64,000 bases of DNA from Candidatus Sericytochromatia bacterium (GTDB lineage: Bacteria; Cyanobacteriota; Sericytochromatia; S15B-MN24; VGJW01), in assembly GCA_035285865.1 (NCBI GenBank), contig JAYKHS010000007.1, positions 64,001-128,000 of the forward strand, in the 5' to 3' direction. The notes under the pieces are model-generated. The model made no database searches. It was not told the DNA's origin and was given only the letters and a program-made list of their open reading frames with translations. Numbering within the stretch: position 1 is the first letter of the stretch; each line of letters opens with the position of its first letter. Below are positions 60,363 through 64,000 of the stretch, piece by piece. Position numbers and translations under genes: made by a program.

Positions 60363-62206
60363 TGGCGCAGGTCCCCCTGACGTCGGGTGTGGCCTCGGGC
60401 ATCGAGCGCTTCCAGCAACGGCACGATGAACCGTCGGCTCAGGCCGAGGGCCTCGCGTATGGCCGCCGTCGAGGCCCCGGCAGCATCCGGGATGGCGGAA
60501 CGCACGCGCTCCTTCCAGACATCCCAATCCTCGGGACGGACCATGATGTCCTGTCCCAGATCCAGCCATTCACCCAGGACGGCAGCCTCATCGAGCAGGT
60601 CCGACCACTCGGGCGGCTGGCCCCTGAGGACCTCGCCCCGGTCGACCAGTCCCTGCTGCGTGCCCGCTGCCGCGCGGATGCTGCCCCAGGCCGCGCCGAC
60701 CCAGTCGGGTGCCGTTCGTGCCTTGCCCCCGGGCACCAGCCAGCGACCGACGGCGGTCCAGCCCGGAATCCGGGCCAACACCTCGCCCAGGACCCCCGCC
60801 TGCGCGGGGATTCTGGCCTGAATCTCCTCGCGCCGAAGCAGGCGACGATGCGCGGGCAACTGGTCCCACAGACCATCGAGCACCGCGGCAAGATCGCCCA
60901 TCCTGTCCGGATGCAGCCCGCCCGCCGAAACCGGCAGCCACTGGCCAGCCCCGATGAGCTGCGCGAGGACCTCCCCGCGGGCATGCGCCGGCACCATGGC
61001 GCGTGCGGAGGCTTGGGACAGCGGCTCCCATCCCCCCTCCCCGAGCGTCAGCGCGATGCGTTCCGGCCAGCGTTCCTCCGCCGCGGCGGCAAGGCGCGCC
61101 CATCCCGTCCGGTCGCGACGGCGCAGCCGTTGGCCCATCGGTGCCACGACCGTCGCCCCGGCCTTGACGTAGCCCGGATCGTAATGACGCAGGACCACGC
61201 GATCGCCGAAGTCCGCCCACAAAGGCTGCTCGAGCAGCAGTTGGGCAAGACACGCCCCACCTTGCGCCAGGACCTCTCCCTCGTGCAGGGCGACACGCGC
61301 CAGCACCTCGCGCGTCCCGTGGTGCACGCGTACCCGCTCGCCGTGACGGACCTCGTGTCCGGCCGCAGACAACCGCACGTCAAGGACTTCCGAAGGCCCC
61401 AGCGTATCCGGGTCCAGCAGCCAATGGCCGCGCGCGACCTCGGGATTGCCGGTCACGGCCAGGTTGACCGCCACGCGATGACCGGCCGGCACCTCGGGCA
61501 TCGCGTCCCCATGCACCTGCAAGCCGCGCACGCGCACCCGATGGCCGCCCGGCTCGAGCACCAGCGCCATGCCCTCCCGAAGGGTCCCCGCCGTCAGCGT
61601 TCCCGTCACGACGGTGCCGAAGCCCTGGCGGACGAAGACACGATCCACGGCCAGCCGGACCGGAGCAGCGGCCGGCCGCGACGAGGGCCGGGCAGTCCGG
61701 GCATCGATGGCGGCCACCAGCGCCTCGAGGCCCTCGCCCGTGACGCTGGAAACCGGCAGGATCGGGGCCTCCGACCACGCCGTGCCCGACAGGCCCTCTC
61801 GGATGTCGGCCTCGGCAAGCTCGACCAGCTCCGGACCGGCCAGGTCGATCTTGGTCATCACGATCAGACCGGGTGGCAGCCCGAGCAATTCCAGGATGGC
61901 CAGATGCTCGCGGGTCTGGGGCATGACGCCGTCGTCGGCCGCCACGACCAGCAGCACCAGGTCCATGCCGCCGACGCCTGCCAGCATGTTCTTGAGGAAA
62001 CGTTCGTGCCCGGGCACGTCGATGACACCGGCGACCCTCCCCGATGGGAGGGGGAAGGCTGCAAAGCCCAGATCGATCGTCAGCCCCCGGCGCTGCTCCT
62101 CGGCCAGGCGATCGGTGTCCACGCCTGTCAGACGGCGGACCAGAGACGTCTTGCCGTGATCGACATGACCAGCGGTGCCGATGACTACGGGCACGAGACC
62201 GCTCAC
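60350..62206 (-). CDS. selB: Selenocysteine-specific elongation factor
   Basis: GTAGHVDHGKT, DRLAEEQRRGLTIDLGF, DVPGHE, C-terminal SRRFIVPLLE. Confidence 0.95.
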   Translation of the reverse strand: MSGLVPVVIGTAGHVDHGKTSLVRRLTGVDTDRLAEEQRRGLTIDLGFAAFPLPSGRVAGVIDVPGHERFLKNMLAGVGGMDLVLLVVAADDGVMPQTREHLAILELLGLPPGLIVMTKIDLAGPELVELAEADIREGLSGTAWSEAPILPVSSVTGEGLEALVAAIDARTARPSSRPAAAPVRLAVDRVFVRQGFGTVVTGTLTAGTLREGMALVLEPGGHRVRVRGLQVHGDAMPEVPAGHRVAVNLAVTGNPEVARGHWLLDPDTLGPSEVLDVRLSAAGHEVRHGERVRVHHGTREVLARVALHEGEVLAQGGACLAQLLLEQPLWADFGDRVVLRHYDPGYVKAGATVVAPMGQRLRRRDRTGWARLAAAAEERWPERIALTLGEGGWEPLSQASARAMVPAHARGEVLAQLIGAGQWLPVSAGGLHPDRMGDLAAVLDGLWDQLPAHRRLLRREEIQARIPAQAGVLGEVLARIPGWTAVGRWLVPGGKARTAPDWVGAAWGSIRAAAGTQQGLVDRGEVLRGQPPEWSDLLDEAAVLGEWLDLGQDIMVRPEDWDVWKERVRSAIPDAAGASTAAIREALGLSRRFIVPLLEALDARGHTRRQGDLRQWVG

Positions 62207-63609
62207 GGACGCTCACCCTGCAACTGCCGGAAGGCCGCGACCACGTCGTCCGCATCCCCGGGCAGCAGGGTCCGGACATCCAGCCACCACGCCCCGTCGC
62301 GCAACCGCCCGATGACCGGGCGCGCACCAAGACGCAGGGCCGTGGCCAGCGCATCCGCCGACCAACCGCCCGCAGGACAGGGGACGCGCACGGCCCAGCT
62401 TGCGACCTCGGTCGCAGGCAAGGCCCCACCACCCGGCATGGAGACTGTTGCCACGGCCTCGGCAGGCCAGCCGGCCTCCAGCAGGCGCGAAGCAAGGTCC
62501 CGGGCGAGGGGCTCGAGCTCCTCGGCCGTCGCCGACAGCATCGCGAGGGCCGGCAGGGCCTGCTCGGGCGGGATGCCCGTGCCGTATCGCCGCAGCGTGG
62601 CCTCGAGCAGGGCCAGCGTGACCTTGTCGCAGCGGAACGCACGCAGCAGGGGGCGACGCCGCAGGCGATCGATCAGGTCCTTGCGTCCGGCGATTATGCC
62701 CGCCTGGGGGCCACCCAGCAGCTTGTCCCCCGAGAAGGTCACGAGGTCCAGACCGTCGGCCAGCACGCGCGGCACGGTCGGCTCGTCCGGAAGTCCGAGG
62801 GGCCCCAGCGGCACCAGGGAACCGGAACCCAGATCCTCGACCACGGGCAAGCCATGCCGGCGTCCGAAGGCCACCAGGTCGGCACGGGGCACCTCGGCCA
62901 CGAATCCGGTCATGCGGTAGTTCGATGTGTGGCACTTCAGGACGAGCCGGGACTGCTCGGAGACGGCCGCTTCGAAGTCCGCGAGACGCGTGCGGTTGGT
63001 CGCTCCCACTTCCCGGAGCACGGCGCCGGAGGTCGCCACCACCTCAGGAATGCGGAAAGAGCCCCCGATCTCCACCAGCTCCCCGCGCGAGACGAGGACC
63101 TCGCCCGACCGGGCCAGCGCGTCGACGACCAGCAGGACGGCTGCGGCGTTGTTGTTGACGACCAGCACGGCTTCTGCGCCCGTCAGTCGTCGCAGGTGTT
63201 CCTCGACCACGAGATGCCTGTCTCCCCGGGAGCCGGTCTCGAGGTCGAACTCGAGGTTGCAATAACCCGTGGCCTCCGCCAGAGCCTCGCGGACCACGTC
63301 CTCGGAAAGTGGAGCCCTTCCGAGATTCGTGTTGAGGACCACGCCCGTTCCGTTGACGACCCGACGCAGGCGGGGTGCCCACGTCCGGGCCAGTTGCTCC
63401 TCGACGAGGGCCACCCAGTCGGCGGCTTCGTCCGGCACGGATGTCCCGGCCTGAAGGGCGGCACGGGCCCCGGCGATCACGATGCGGACCGCCTCGGCAA
63501 CCGCCTCGTCCCCGTGGCGTGCGCGACTGGCCGAGAGCGCGGGCGAGGCCATCAGGCGACCGACGGCAGGCAGCGCCCGCAGGGATCCTGATGCAGAGGG
63601 GTCGGGCAT
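62203..63609 (-). CDS. selA: L-seryl-tRNA(Sec) selenium transferase
   Basis: NGTGVVLNTNLGRAP, VNNNAAA, SRGELVEIGGSFRIP, FSGDKLLGGPQAG. Confidence 0.95.
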   Translation of the reverse strand: MPDPSASGSLRALPAVGRLMASPALSASRARHGDEAVAEAVRIVIAGARAALQAGTSVPDEAADWVALVEEQLARTWAPRLRRVVNGTGVVLNTNLGRAPLSEDVVREALAEATGYCNLEFDLETGSRGDRHLVVEEHLRRLTGAEAVLVVNNNAAAVLLVVDALARSGEVLVSRGELVEIGGSFRIPEVVATSGAVLREVGATNRTRLADFEAAVSEQSRLVLKCHTSNYRMTGFVAEVPRADLVAFGRRHGLPVVEDLGSGSLVPLGPLGLPDEPTVPRVLADGLDLVTFSGDKLLGGPQAGIIAGRKDLIDRLRRRPLLRAFRCDKVTLALLEATLRRYGTGIPPEQALPALAMLSATAEELEPLARDLASRLLEAGWPAEAVATVSMPGGGALPATEVASWAVRVPCPAGGWSADALATALRLGARPVIGRLRDGAWWLDVRTLLPGDADDVVAAFRQLQGERP

Positions 63610-63640
63610 GACCTGCCCATTCTATCCCTTGACACCGGGA

Positions 63641-64000
63641 ATGCCGAATGCACACGATGAATCCGTGCTTCTGGACGTGCTTGCCTGGGTCGCCCGCCGC
63701 GAGGGTGCGCGGATGACCGAGATCCGCAGTGCCTTCGGCCTGAGCCCGTGGATGGCGGGCGCGCTGGTGGTGCAACTGCAGGATGCCGGATGGCTCGAGG
63801 ACCCTGTCCTCGGTACCTGCCATCATCTGGGACCGGATGCCGACGCCGGTTCCTGCGGCAACTGCTCGGGCGGGGGCTGTTCGTCGCAACGGAGTGTCAC
63901 GGACGACCACGGCGCCCTGCTGGGCACGGAGATGGCCTTCGAGCAGGGCTGCTGCGGCATGAACCAGCCCTACAGGGTCACGGCAGCAGGTCGCTCCGTG
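63641..64000 (+). CDS. Cys-rich winged-helix protein, FeoC-like (3' truncated)
   Basis: LLDVLAWVARREG..MTEIRSAFGLS...LQDAGWLE, then C...CGNCSGGGC...CCG..YRVTAAG. Confidence 0.55.
   Translation, partial: MPNAHDESVLLDVLAWVARREGARMTEIRSAFGLSPWMAGALVVQLQDAGWLEDPVLGTCHHLGPDADAGSCGNCSGGGCSSQRSVTDDHGALLGTEMAFEQGCCGMNQPYRVTAAGRSV

Noticed and set aside
63610..63640. tRNA-Sec (selC) next to selA
   Set aside because: The gap is too short and no cloverleaf was seen there or elsewhere in the window.

Overview
High-GC bacterial chromosomal window. An adjacent ldpA/ycf45-like gene pair and many Pro/Thr-linker lipoproteins suggest a non-photosynthetic relative of Cyanobacteria (Sericytochromatia-like); this is inference. 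Housekeeping genes include fadE (partial), suhB, slt, add, msrB, tmk, PBP1A, glk, aroF, queF, trmJ, selB and selA. No rRNA, tRNA or CRISPR array was seen. Most notable: (1) a solitary TnpB/Cas12f-like gene (from 40797) with an intact RuvC D-E-D triad and Zn finger and no transposase. It reads without a stop through a ~190-nt multi-hairpin segment into an amphipathic phasin-like ORF that has its own strong RBS. (2) A BCP-type peroxiredoxin with an in-frame TGA exactly at the peroxidatic Cys, a probable selenoprotein split by the ORF caller, about 6 kb from selAB. (3) A four-gene amide-ligase operon of unknown product. (4) A tandem duplication of bacterial DA1-like LIM/HExxH protease genes with readable breakpoints. 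(5) An AnmK-MurQ fusion and a RibD with a degenerate deaminase domain. (6) Decayed toxin-antitoxin and lipoprotein pseudogenes. (7) A recurring 11-bp-spaced TTAAC-like direct-repeat operator in intergenic regions.
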